A DNA stretch of 64,000 bases from an uncultured Eubacteriales bacterium (GTDB lineage Bacteria > Bacillota > Clostridia > Oscillospirales > CAG-272): NCBI GenBank assembly GCA_900546315.1, contig URCP01000004.1, forward strand, positions 195 to 64,194, given 5' to 3'. Of this stretch, positions 18,415 through 27,704 are shown one piece after another. The position numbers and the translations under genes were made by a program. Each line of letters starts with the position of its first letter. Position 1 is the first letter of the stretch. A model generated the notes under the pieces. It had not been told where the DNA came from, made no database searches, and saw nothing but the letters and a program-made list of their open reading frames with translations.

Positions 18415-19854
18415 TCAATACGCTTTAGCCCAGTAAACGAGCGACTTCGCGGGCTTTCCGCAGCAGACGCAGGTCTCGGAGATGCGCTCCTGCTCGAGCG
18501 GGATGCAGCGGGAACCGACGCCGGTCTCGGCCTTGACCTTGTCCTCGCACTCGGGATCTCCGCACCACATCGCGCGGACGAAGCCGTCTCCGCCTGCTGC
18601 GAGCTTTTCCTTGATCTCGTCGATCGTCTTGCAGTCGTATGTGCGGCGCTGACGGTTCGCGAGAGCCTTCGCGTACATTCCGTCGTGGACTTCCTGAAGC
18701 TTCTTGTCGACCGCGGTCTCGAGCTCGTCGAGCGATACGACAGTCTTCTCGCCGTTGTGGCGCGTTACCATGACGCACTGATTTGCCTCGATGTCGCGCG
18801 GACCGATCTCTATGCGGAGCGGAACGCCCTTCATCTCGTACTCCGCGAACTTCCATCCGGGCGAGTTGTCCGAGTCGTCGAGCTTGACTCTGACCTTCCC
18901 CTTAAGTCTGTCGGCGAGAGCCGCCGCAGTGTCGATGACGCCCGGCTTGTGAGCCGCGATCGGAACTATTACAACCTGTATCGGAGCGACCGCAGGCGGA
19001 AGAACGAGTCCGCTGTCGTCGCCGTGAGTCATTATGATTCCGCCGATCATTCTTGTCGTTGTTCCCCATGAAGTCTGGAACGGGTGAACGAGCTTGTTTT
19101 CTTTGTCGGCGTATGTGATGCCGAACGCCCTCGCGAAGCCGTCTCCGAAATAGTGCGAGGTGCCCGCCTGGAGCGCCTTGCCGTCATGCATGAGAGCTTC
19201 TATCGCGTATGTGTCCTCGGCTCCGGCGAACTTGTCGCTCGGTGTCTTCGCGCCCTTTATGACCGGGATGGCGAGATCCTTCTCGTGGAAGTCGGCGTAG
19301 ACGTTGAGCATACGAATGGTCTCCTCGCGCGCCTCCTCCGCGGTGGCGTGCATGGTGTGACCCTCCTGCCAGAGGAACTCACGCGTGCGGAGGAACGGAC
19401 GGGTGGTCTTTTCCCAGCGGACGACCGAGCACCACTGATTGTAGAGCTTCGGCAGGTCTCTCCAGGAGCGGATTATCTTCGCGTAGTGGTCGCAGAAAAG
19501 CGTCTCTGAGGTCGGTCTGACGCAGAGCCTTTCAGCGAGCTTCTCGCTTCCGCCGTATGTCACCCACGCGACCTCGGGCGCGAAGCCCTCGACGTGCTCC
19601 TTCTCCTTGTTGAGAAGTCCCTCCGGGATGAACATCGGCATATATACGTTTTCGTGCCCGAGCTCCTTGAATCTGGTGTCGAGAATCTTCTGGATATTCT
19701 CCCAGATAGCGTAGCCGTAGGGGCGTATGATCATGCAGCCCTTGACGCTCGAGTAGTCGACAAGGTCAGCCTTTTTACAGATATCAGTGTACCATTGAGC
19801 GAAGTCGACGTCCATCGACGTTATCTGCTCAACGAGCTTTTTATCGCCAGCCAT
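18415..19854 (-). CDS. proS: Proline--tRNA ligase (archaeal/eukaryote-like short form)
   Basis: The protein reads [52 protein letters not shown], with the C-terminal zinc motif CIPLEQ...CVCCGKPA. An alternative start lies at 19875. Confidence 0.9.
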   Translation of the reverse strand: MAGDKKLVEQITSMDVDFAQWYTDICKKADLVDYSSVKGCMIIRPYGYAIWENIQKILDTRFKELGHENVYMPMFIPEGLLNKEKEHVEGFAPEVAWVTYGGSEKLAERLCVRPTSETLFCDHYAKIIRSWRDLPKLYNQWCSVVRWEKTTRPFLRTREFLWQEGHTMHATAEEAREETIRMLNVYADFHEKDLAIPVIKGAKTPSDKFAGAEDTYAIEALMHDGKALQAGTSHYFGDGFARAFGITYADKENKLVHPFQTSWGTTTRMIGGIIMTHGDDSGLVLPPAVAPIQVVIVPIAAHKPGVIDTAAALADRLKGKVRVKLDDSDNSPGWKFAEYEMKGVPLRIEIGPRDIEANQCVMVTRHNGEKTVVSLDELETAVDKKLQEVHDGMYAKALANRQRRTYDCKTIDEIKEKLAAGGDGFVRAMWCGDPECEDKVKAETGVGSRCIPLEQERISETCVCCGKPAKSLVYWAKAY

Positions 19855-19891
19855 AGTTATATTATATCCTTTCATTTATTAGATATAGATT

Positions 19892-19920
19892 ATTATACCT
19901 TATTTTGCGCGCTCTGTCAA
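19892..19920 (-). promoter_or_regulatory. Promoter TTGACA-17-TATAAT for proS
   Basis: The minus strand reads TTGACAgagcgcgcaaaataaggTATAAT. The leader is too short for a T-box. Confidence 0.6.
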
Positions 19921-20071
19921 TATCCGATTGAAATAATTTTCGAAAAATCCGGAAAAATTCCGCCGCGCGGCAAAATGTTTACGCATACTGCTTTACTTTT
20001 TGCCCGTAATGTGATAAAATAGATGTGTGTGGTCAAAAATGACCGAGTAAAAAAGTGAGCGGGGGGAGCAT

Positions 20072-20656
20072 ATGCAGAGCGGCCGGTCGCGAGGACAGAC
20101 AAATGAATATCGACAGCCGGAGACCGACAGGTACGGACGCCCCGACGTGTACGGACACCCGCTGCCGGGAAACGCCGCGCGGCAGTCCCCACAGGCGATA
20201 CGGCGCGACAGACCTCAGGGCGCGGTACCTCCGCGTGACGCCGGGTATCAGCGCGCTCCGCAGTCCGGACAGCGCCAGACGACGCGTGCCGGTCAGCAGC
20301 AGCCGGACAGGCGCTCTCTCGCTGTATCCTACAGCAGCGTGAGGCAGAACGGCTCCGGACAGAGGATGAACGTCGCCCCGATGAATATTCAGCGCGTACA
20401 GCCTGTCTCACGCGGACAGAACGCGTCGGGCGGCGCTTATCAGGGGAGACCCCGGATACAGACGCGCGGAACGTATCCGCCGCAGAAAAGACCCATCGGA
20501 GGGAACCGCAAAGTGAATCAGATGGTTAAAGGAAAAGCAAAAAAGAAGAACCGCACCACAATACGCGATTTCGTGCTCGGGCTCGCGATAGGCTTCGCGA
20601 TATTCGGTCCGGCGGCGTATTTTGTGTGCAAGACGATAATCGGCATATTCGCCTGA
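20072..20656 (+). CDS. Hypothetical tail-anchored membrane protein with R/Q/P/G-rich disordered N-terminal region
   Basis: SD gggggag precedes the ATG. A single C-terminal TM helix (FVLGLAIGFAIFGPAAYFVCKTIIGIF) follows a KKKNR cluster. I recognise no domain. Confidence 0.5.
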   Translation: MQSGRSRGQTNEYRQPETDRYGRPDVYGHPLPGNAARQSPQAIRRDRPQGAVPPRDAGYQRAPQSGQRQTTRAGQQQPDRRSLAVSYSSVRQNGSGQRMNVAPMNIQRVQPVSRGQNASGGAYQGRPRIQTRGTYPPQKRPIGGNRKVNQMVKGKAKKKNRTTIRDFVLGLAIGFAIFGPAAYFVCKTIIGIFA

Positions 20657-20661
20657 GACGA

Positions 20662-20800
20662 GCCTGAAAATAAATTTTCAGACCAGACAGTTTTGAGGCT
20701 TTCACGACATTGGGTCGTGAATTTTGAAAGACGGACAAGCCGTCTTTCAAAACCGCCTCAAAACTGTAAGTTTGTACGAAAGGCATGGACATACAAATGA
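20662..20800 (+). repeat. Rep109 copy 1 (109-nt structured core 20662..20770 plus a 30-nt 3' module shared with copy 2)
   Basis: The sequence runs gCCTGAAAATAAATTTTCAGAC...CAGTTTTGAGGC..TCACGAC..GTCGTGA..TTTGAAAGACGG..CCGTCTTTCAAA..GCCTCAAAACTG-TAAG. It starts 6 nt after the stop at 20656. Confidence 0.85.
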
Positions 20801-21507
20801 GACTTGACAAATTTTTGTCCGAGACCGGAACGTGTACGCGCTCCGAGGCGTCAAAGGCGGCGAAATCGGGTGGAATAACCGTGAACGGCGTGCCGGTGAA
20901 GCGCGCCGACGTCCACATCGACCCGGAAAAGGACGCGGTATCGCTGTCCGGAGTTCCGGTCAGATATAAGAGATTCACGTATATCATGCTCAACAAGCCG
21001 GACGGGTATATCTCGGCGACCGAGGATTCCCGCGGGGAGCACACGGTGCTTGAGCTTCTCGACGAGCGCACCCGCCGCCTCGGGCTTTTCCCGTGCGGAA
21101 GACTCGACAAGAATACGCTCGGGCTGCTTCTGCTGACGAACGACGGCGACCTCTGTCACGATCTGCTTTCGCCGAAGAAGCACGTGTCGAAGGTCTACCG
21201 TTTCCGCTCGGAGCGAGTGATAACCGACGAGGACAAGGCGCGTCTCGAGTCCGGAGTGACGCTTGACGGCGAGATGACGAAGCCCGCGAAGCTGACGCTT
21301 GACGAGGGGCGGTGCTCAGGGACGATAGAGATAACCGAGGGAAGGTTCCACCAGATAAAGCGTATGCTCGAGGCCGTTTGCAACAAGATAGAATATCTCG
21401 AGCGTGTTGAGTTCGCGGGAATGCCGCTCGACACATCGCTTGAGCGCGGAGAGTGGCGCGAGCTGACACCGGACGAGGAGAAGGCGCTTCTCCTGCTCAA
21501 AAAATAA
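20797..21507 (+). CDS. Pseudouridine synthase, RsuA/RluB family (S4 domain plus catalytic domain)
   Basis: The protein reads MRLDKFLSETGTCTRSEASKAAKSGGITVNG with the catalytic motif GRLDKNTLGLLLLTNDG. The track start at 20785 lies in repeat-derived sequence. Confidence 0.85.
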   Translation: MRLDKFLSETGTCTRSEASKAAKSGGITVNGVPVKRADVHIDPEKDAVSLSGVPVRYKRFTYIMLNKPDGYISATEDSRGEHTVLELLDERTRRLGLFPCGRLDKNTLGLLLLTNDGDLCHDLLSPKKHVSKVYRFRSERVITDEDKARLESGVTLDGEMTKPAKLTLDEGRCSGTIEITEGRFHQIKRMLEAVCNKIEYLERVEFAGMPLDTSLERGEWRELTPDEEKALLLLKK

Positions 21508-21524
21508 TTTTTAAGGAAATCGAT

Positions 21525-23690
21525 ATGGATATTATAAAGACGCTTGCCGAAGAGCTCTCGCTCGGACGCGAGCAGGTTGAGAAGACTGTCGCGCTGATAG
21601 ACGAGGGCGCGACGATACCTTTTATCGCGAGATACCGCAAGGAGGTCACGGGCTCGCTCGACGACGAGCAGTTAAGACGCCTCTCCGAGCGCCTTACATA
21701 TCTGCGCTCGCTTGAGGACAGGCGCGAGGAGGTCAGACGCCTCATCGCGGAGCAGGAGAAGCTGACGCCGGAGATATCGAAGGCGCTCGACACGGCGAAG
21801 ATACTCACCGAAATAGAGGATATCTACCGGTCGTTCAGACCGAAGCGCCGCACCAGAGCGTCCATTGCCCGTGAGAGAGGTCTCGAGCCGCTGGCGGAGG
21901 CGATTCTCGCGCAGAAGCCGAGGTACTCGCCGTCGCTTGATGAGATCGCCGCGGGGCTTGTTAACGCCGAAAAGGGCGTTGAGACAGCAGACGCGGCGTT
22001 CGACGGCGCGTGCGACATAATCGCCGAGATGATCTCGGACAACGCCGACTACAGAAAGCTGATAAGAAACCTGACCCTGACGAACGGCGAGATTGTCACA
22101 AAACAGGCTAAGGACGGCGATTCTGTCTATTCTCAGTATTATGATTTCAGAAGCAATCTCTCAAAGCTCCCGGGGCACCGTGTGCTCGCGATAAACCGCG
22201 GCGAAAAGGAGGAATACCTGAAGGTTACGCTCGAGGTGCCGGAGGATCTGATAATCAACCGCTTGACGCCGGAGATCGTGAAGGAACCGAAGAGCCCCTC
22301 CGCGGCGTACCTGAGACGCGCCGTGGAGGACAGCTACGAGCGTCTTATCGCGCCGAGCGTCGAGCGTGAGATACGCACCGGAGCCTTTGACGACGCCTGC
22401 GAGGGCGCTATCAAAGTCTTTGAGGACAACCTGAAGCATCTGCTGCTTCAGCCGCCGCTCAAAGGTAAGGTGGTTCTCGGCTACGACCCCGGCTATGCTC
22501 ACGGCTGCAAGCTCGCCGTCGTCGACAGCACAGGACGCGTGCTCGATACGGCGGTCATATACCCGATGAAGCCGCAGTCGAGGACGGAAGAGGCGTCGCG
22601 GATCATAAAGCACCTCGTCTTGAAATACGGCGTTAATGTCATTGCGATAGGAAACGGCACCGCGTCGAAGGAGAGCGAGATATTCATCGCCGGGCTGATC
22701 AGCGAGCTGTCAGCGGAAGGAAAGACTGTCAGGTACGCGGTCGTAAGCGAGGCTGGCGCGTCGGTCTATTCGGCGTCGAAGCTCGCGGCGGAGGAATTCC
22801 CGGATTTCGACGTTATGCAGAGAAGCGCCGTCTCGATCGCGAGACGAATTCAGGACCCTCTGGCGGAGCTCGTCAAGATCGACCCGAAGTCGATCGGCGT
22901 CGGTCAGTATCAGCATGATATGAAGCCCGCAAGGCTTGATGAAGCGCTCGGCGGAGTGGTCGAGGACTGTGTCAACAGCGTCGGCGTAGACGTCAACACG
23001 GCATCCGGAGCGCTGCTCTCGTACATCGCCGGCATCAACTCAGTCAGCGCTAAGAATATAGTGAAATACCGCGAGGAGAACGGCGCGTTCCGCTCGAGGT
23101 CTGAGATAAAGAAAGTTCCGAGGATCGGCGCGAAGGCGTTCGAGCAGTGCGCGGGATTCCTGCGCGTTTCCGGCTCCGACGAGATACTCGACAATACGGG
23201 AGTTCACCCGGAGAGCTACGCGGCGGCGAAGAAGCTGCTCTCATCGTTCGGCTACACAGCCGACGACGTGCGGCACGGCAGGCTCGCGGAGCTCAGAAAG
23301 AAGTGCGAGAAGGCGGGCATAAAGACCCTCTGCGCCGAGATAGGCGTCGGAGAGCCGACCCTGCGCGACATGATAGGCGAGCTTGAGAAGCCGGGAAGAG
23401 ACGTGCGCGACAGTCTGCCGCAGACGGTTCTCCGCGACGACATTCTCGAGATGAGCGACCTGAAGCCGGGGATGATTCTTACCGGAACCGTGCGCAATGT
23501 CATAGATTTCGGAGCGTTCGTCGACATCGGCGTTCATCAGGACGGACTCGTCCACATCTCCGAGATCGCCGACAGGTATATAAAGCATCCGAGCGAGGTT
23601 CTCGCGGTCGGCGACGTCGTTCAGGTGATGGTGAAGTCGGTCGACACGGCGAAGAAGCGCATCTCGCTGACGATGAAGATCAAAAAGTAA
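21525..23690 (+). CDS. tex: Tex-like transcription accessory protein (YqgF/HHH/S1 domains)
   Basis: The N-terminus is MDIIKTLAEELSLGREQVEKTVALIDEGATIPFIARYRKE and the C-terminal S1 domain reads GTVRNVIDFGAFVDIGVHQDGLVHISE. Confidence 0.9.
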   Translation: MDIIKTLAEELSLGREQVEKTVALIDEGATIPFIARYRKEVTGSLDDEQLRRLSERLTYLRSLEDRREEVRRLIAEQEKLTPEISKALDTAKILTEIEDIYRSFRPKRRTRASIARERGLEPLAEAILAQKPRYSPSLDEIAAGLVNAEKGVETADAAFDGACDIIAEMISDNADYRKLIRNLTLTNGEIVTKQAKDGDSVYSQYYDFRSNLSKLPGHRVLAINRGEKEEYLKVTLEVPEDLIINRLTPEIVKEPKSPSAAYLRRAVEDSYERLIAPSVEREIRTGAFDDACEGAIKVFEDNLKHLLLQPPLKGKVVLGYDPGYAHGCKLAVVDSTGRVLDTAVIYPMKPQSRTEEASRIIKHLVLKYGVNVIAIGNGTASKESEIFIAGLISELSAEGKTVRYAVVSEAGASVYSASKLAAEEFPDFDVMQRSAVSIARRIQDPLAELVKIDPKSIGVGQYQHDMKPARLDEALGGVVEDCVNSVGVDVNTASGALLSYIAGINSVSAKNIVKYREENGAFRSRSEIKKVPRIGAKAFEQCAGFLRVSGSDEILDNTGVHPESYAAAKKLLSSFGYTADDVRHGRLAELRKKCEKAGIKTLCAEIGVGEPTLRDMIGELEKPGRDVRDSLPQTVLRDDILEMSDLKPGMILTGTVRNVIDFGAFVDIGVHQDGLVHISEIADRYIKHPSEVLAVGDVVQVMVKSVDTAKKRISLTMKIKK

Positions 23691-23747
23691 AAGTGCGTCC
23701 GGGCGGCTCTCATGCCGTCCGGATTGTTACCGGAGGCATAACAGGTT

Positions 23748-24707
23748 TTGAAAAGACATGACGACAACAGCCGCCCGCGTGTGCCGAAGAAGCTGTCGGC
23801 GCTGATAACGTCGATAGTGTGCGTCGCGGCGGCGCTCTTCTACATAGTGACAGGCGGGAATCTCGGGGATTTCCTCGAGAAGAACGGCATTGACATAAAC
23901 GATCTCTGGAAGAACACCGCGACGGTCACTGACGGAGAGCTTGAGGTACACGTAATAGATATCGGGCAGGGCGACAGCATCCTTGTCAGGTGGAACGGCG
24001 GAAATATGCTGATCGACGCGGGACCGAACTCGGGCGAGGACGCGCTGAGGGCGCACCTTGACGCCTGCGGGGTGAAGAAGCTTGATTATCTCGTCTGCAC
24101 TCACCCGCACGAGGATCACATCGGCGGCGCCGACATGGTCGTGAAGAACTATGAGATCGGGAAGATTCTCATGCCGGTGACGAGCGTTTCCACGGCGACC
24201 GTGAACCGGCTGCTCGACGCAATCGAGGAAAAGGACGTATCCGTAGAGGCTCCGGCGCCGGGCGACGTCTACATTCTCGGCGACGTCTCATTCGAGATAC
24301 TCGCCCCCGACCCGTCTGTCGAGGACGACGCGAACAACTCGAGCATAGTCCTGCGCCTGCGCTTCGGCGATACATATTTCATGTTCACAGGCGACGCGGA
24401 GAAGGAGTCGGAGGCGAAGATACTTGAGAGCTTTCCCGAGAGCGACCTGAAGAGCGACTTTCTGAAGGTAGGTCACCACGGCTCAAGCACTTCGACGAGC
24501 GAGGCGTTCCTCGCCGCCGTCTCGCCCGAATACGCCGCGATATCCTGTGAGAAGGGAAACAGCTACGGACACCCGCACCGCGAGACGATAGCCGTACTGA
24601 AAAAGTACGGAATAACCGGGGACAGACTGCTTCGTACCGACATATCCGGAACGATAGTGGTGGTCTCCGACGGTCAGACGCTGTCAGTCGGCTCAAGCGG
24701 AAACTAA
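23748..24707 (+). CDS. MBL-fold metallo-hydrolase, ComEC C-terminal-domain-like, with N-terminal membrane anchor
   Basis: The motifs VHVIDIGQGDSILV, CTHPHEDHIGG and VGHHGS are present. The start is TTG with SD ggagg. Confidence 0.8.
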   Translation: MKRHDDNSRPRVPKKLSALITSIVCVAAALFYIVTGGNLGDFLEKNGIDINDLWKNTATVTDGELEVHVIDIGQGDSILVRWNGGNMLIDAGPNSGEDALRAHLDACGVKKLDYLVCTHPHEDHIGGADMVVKNYEIGKILMPVTSVSTATVNRLLDAIEEKDVSVEAPAPGDVYILGDVSFEILAPDPSVEDDANNSSIVLRLRFGDTYFMFTGDAEKESEAKILESFPESDLKSDFLKVGHHGSSTSTSEAFLAAVSPEYAAISCEKGNSYGHPHRETIAVLKKYGITGDRLLRTDISGTIVVVSDGQTLSVGSSGN

Positions 24708-24710
24708 AAA

Positions 24711-24849
24711 GTCTGAAAATAAATTTTCAGACCAAACAGTTTTGAGGCTTTCACGACATTGGGTCGTGAATTTTGAAAGCCGGACAAGCCGTCTTTCAAA
24801 ACCGCCGCAAAACTGTAAGTCAGTACGAAAGATATGGTCATAAAAATGA
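24711..24849 (+). repeat. Rep109 copy 2
   Basis: It is nearly identical to copy 1 across the 109-nt core (24711..24819) and the 3' module. It starts 4 nt after the stop at 24707. Confidence 0.85.
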
Positions 24850-24890
24850 ATCACCGTAACGGAATCGTGTGTTCCGTTACGGTGATTCTG

Positions 24891-27419
24891 TCATCTCTGA
24901 TTATTGTTGTAAGGGTTGTTGTTCTGCGGAGGATTGTTCCTCGGCGGGTATGGAGGACGGTTCGGATTTTGCGAATAGGGCGGCGGGTTCATGCGGTTGT
25001 TCTGCATTGCCTGACGCCTGAGCTGTTCGCGTCTCTTTCTCTCCATTGCCTCGCGGCGTCTTCTGCGTATCCGCTGTGCCCTGAACCAGAGCGCCGCATA
25101 TCCGCCGACCGCGAGGAGCACGAGAATGAGCAGTATTATCAGTATCACACCGATGACAGACGTCCCGCCCTTCGCGCGGATCACCACCTCGGAGAGCCAC
25201 AGCCCGTACTCACCTGCGGGGGACGCGCTGTCCGGTGTCTTTATCCAGAGCTTCATGAGGTCGATGTCGTTTCCGGTGAGGGACATGAAGTCCTTTATGC
25301 GGAAGCTGACAGTTTGCCACTCGTTCGGCTTCAGCGATACCGCGCCCTCGAAGACGGTCTGCTTTTCGGTGTCGCTGCCGTTCTTCTGGAGGCGGAGCAT
25401 CGTGTCGATCATCGAGACACCCTCGGGCGCCGTCACCTTGAGTCTGAGGGATATGAAATGCGCGTTCTTCAGCGCGTCCTTGTCGGTTATCAGGTTGCTG
25501 ATGCCCATATACTCGAGCGGCGTTCCGGTCACTCTCGCGTAGAGCATCGTCTTTCCGCCGTTGTCGTCCGACTGGCTGAGCTCGACGTAATCGGCGCTGT
25601 CCGACGGATAGAAGCCGTCGAGGCTGCCCTTTGTCAGGTCATAGAGCGTCTTTTCGCTGTAGCCCTTCGCGTAGTCGTTTTCCTCGGCGCGTATCGCCTC
25701 GATTATCGTCCGTTTGCTGAACGTCGAGTATTGTATGCCGTCCGGCATGAAAAGGCTGAACGCGCCGCTTCCGACGAGATTCTTCACGAACGCGGTTGCC
25801 TCTTCGCTCTTGTCGGTGTCTATCTGTGAGAAGACATTGTAGATAGGCTTCTTCGCGGAAGCCTCGAGCGTCGAGTCCTCGCGGCTCGTCCAGAGACCGT
25901 ACCACGCGTTCTCACCGGAGTGGTCAACGTGGCGATGCCAGATGAACGCGTCGATATCCTTGTCCTGAGCCGCCGTGTAGTATGCGAGAGCGTACGCCGC
26001 CGCCTGAAGCGACATGGAGTTCTGATCATTCGGATCTCCCGAGACGCCGAACTCGCTTATGATGACGCTTCTGACCTCGGAGCCGTACATCATCTCAGGC
26101 TGGTTCATGTATCTCGTGAGCACGGCTATGTTCTTCATTGTGATGAACGGCGTTGAGAGATTGTCCTCAGCGTAGCTGTCGAGCCAGAACTCTGTCGACG
26201 TGACGTCGGACGGGTACGGGTTGACCGCGAGTCCCCATGGGATATCGCCGGAATTCTTTATCGTGGTGTTGAAGAAATCGAGGAAGTCCTTCGCGGCGTA
26301 GTCATAGAGCGGGTCAGCCGCCGCGCCGGGCTCGGACGCCATCGACGTGAAGTTGTTTCCGAGCGAGATATAAACGCGCCCGTTCGCGAAGTGCGACTTC
26401 ATCGCCGTGTACGCCGCGCGGAACGCCGTGCAGTAGGAGTAGATATAATTCGACATCTCGATCGGACCGGCGCTGTTCCATGTGCGGTTCGAGTTGACCT
26501 CGAATCCGACGATGAAGTTCGGCGCGAAACCGTAGGCGTGGTCCTCGCGCGTGTATCTCGACGCGAGATAGTCCATGAACGCGACGAAATTCTTCATCGC
26601 GGTTTCGTTCTTCGTGTTGAGCGCGCAGAGGCTCGCCTCGGTCGACACGCCGTCGAAATAGAAGCTCTTCAGCGTCGCGTTCATCCCGTCGGTCGGCGGG
26701 GTGAGGACGATGTTGAAATAGACGTTTATCCCGGCGTCGGAATAGACCTTCACGCGGTGGTCGAGCAGCGCGATCTTGTCCTTGTCGAGGTAGTATGTCT
26801 GCCCGCCGAATACGAAGGAGAGCGCGCCGGAGGAGTTCTCGCCGAGGATATACTCGTTCAGCGGGATATTGATCGTCGCGTGCTGTACGCCGAGCTGCTG
26901 CGCGTCTGAGAACATCTGGATCTGGAGACCCTTCTTGCTGCTGGTCGCCGGATAGTCGCCGGTGTTCTCGGCGAGGATTGTCAGGTTCTCGATGTATTTC
27001 GCGCTCGTGATCACCCCGTAGCTGCCGTCACCGCGGCGTTCGGCTATCAGGAACTTTGAGTAGAGCCGGTTCGTGTTGCCGTTTATGTACGGTATCTTGA
27101 CCGAAGCGGTTTCAGCCGCCTTGAAGTCGGCGACCGGCTCGAGCGCGTCGAGCGCGGAGGCGGACTGGTACGGCGCGAGCTCGAAGACATAGAGTGTCGC
27201 CGACTTGTTCTCATTGAAATAATCCGTCGTGAGCGACACGTCGATCTGTATGTCCGATTTGCTCTTGTTGAGTTTTATCGACGTGATTTCGTTTTTCGCC
27301 GCGGACTCATCCGCTGCCGAGACAGAGACAGCGAGGAGGGTCATCAGCGCGATCATCACCGCGATAAGAGGTATGAGAGGCGGCGCGAGCCGCATTCTAT
27401 GATTCTTTATCTTTTTCAT
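24891..27419 (-). CDS. Large secreted protein with C-terminal TM anchor and basic/proline-rich cytoplasmic tail; central region possibly a TIM-barrel glycosidase-like (DUF5722-like) domain
   Basis: It has the signal peptide LIAVMIALMTLLAVSVSAADE and SD ggagaag. The TM helix VIGVILIILLILVLLAVGGYAALWF is followed by RAQRIRRRRRE...PPPY..PPYPP. The domain assignment is from memory only. Confidence 0.55.
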   Translation of the reverse strand: MKKIKNHRMRLAPPLIPLIAVMIALMTLLAVSVSAADESAAKNEITSIKLNKSKSDIQIDVSLTTDYFNENKSATLYVFELAPYQSASALDALEPVADFKAAETASVKIPYINGNTNRLYSKFLIAERRGDGSYGVITSAKYIENLTILAENTGDYPATSSKKGLQIQMFSDAQQLGVQHATINIPLNEYILGENSSGALSFVFGGQTYYLDKDKIALLDHRVKVYSDAGINVYFNIVLTPPTDGMNATLKSFYFDGVSTEASLCALNTKNETAMKNFVAFMDYLASRYTREDHAYGFAPNFIVGFEVNSNRTWNSAGPIEMSNYIYSYCTAFRAAYTAMKSHFANGRVYISLGNNFTSMASEPGAAADPLYDYAAKDFLDFFNTTIKNSGDIPWGLAVNPYPSDVTSTEFWLDSYAEDNLSTPFITMKNIAVLTRYMNQPEMMYGSEVRSVIISEFGVSGDPNDQNSMSLQAAAYALAYYTAAQDKDIDAFIWHRHVDHSGENAWYGLWTSREDSTLEASAKKPIYNVFSQIDTDKSEEATAFVKNLVGSGAFSLFMPDGIQYSTFSKRTIIEAIRAEENDYAKGYSEKTLYDLTKGSLDGFYPSDSADYVELSQSDDNGGKTMLYARVTGTPLEYMGISNLITDKDALKNAHFISLRLKVTAPEGVSMIDTMLRLQKNGSDTEKQTVFEGAVSLKPNEWQTVSFRIKDFMSLTGNDIDLMKLWIKTPDSASPAGEYGLWLSEVVIRAKGGTSVIGVILIILLILVLLAVGGYAALWFRAQRIRRRRREAMERKRREQLRRQAMQNNRMNPPPYSQNPNRPPYPPRNNPPQNNNPYNNNQR

Positions 27420-27595
27420 ATTGCTTCTCCGGAAAAATAGATCTGATATGAAATGAATCTCATATATATAATATCATAACACATCCGGAGAAAAAAATCA
27501 ATCACCTAATTGAAAATATCTGTCGAAATATATTGTTTTCCTTCGAGGACGGCTTTGCGCGTCTTACCAAAATTTTAGAAAAATTATATTTATTC

Positions 27596-27624
27596 TTGAC
27601 AAAACGCTTTTCATGGTGTATAAT
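27596..27624 (+). promoter_or_regulatory. Promoter TTGACA-17-TATAAT (extended TG)
   Basis: The sequence is TTGACAaaacgcttttcatggtgTATAAT. Confidence 0.6.
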
Positions 27625-27704
27625 ATAATAAGCGGTTGGATGAACGGCCATATTCAGTTTGTCTGCCTGCGGAAAAAGAAATTAATTAGGAGAGAAATTA
27701 AATC

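Noticed and set aside
19855-19925. I looked for a T-box leader upstream of proS.
   Set aside because: The consensus promoter lies only about 40 nt from the start codon, which leaves no room for specifier or antiterminator structures.
20055-20342. An alternative-frame 95-aa ORF overlapping the 5' half of the 20072..20656 ORF.
   Set aside because: It has no SD and no TM or domain features. The 20072 frame has an SD and a C-terminal TM helix, though the coding status of the region is only moderately certain.
24834-25829. A 331-aa + strand ORF overlapping the 3' end of the 842-aa gene.
   Set aside because: Its ATG is part of the Rep109 3' module, it is antisense to a gene with clear signal peptide, TM and domain logic, and its composition is typical of antisense translation.
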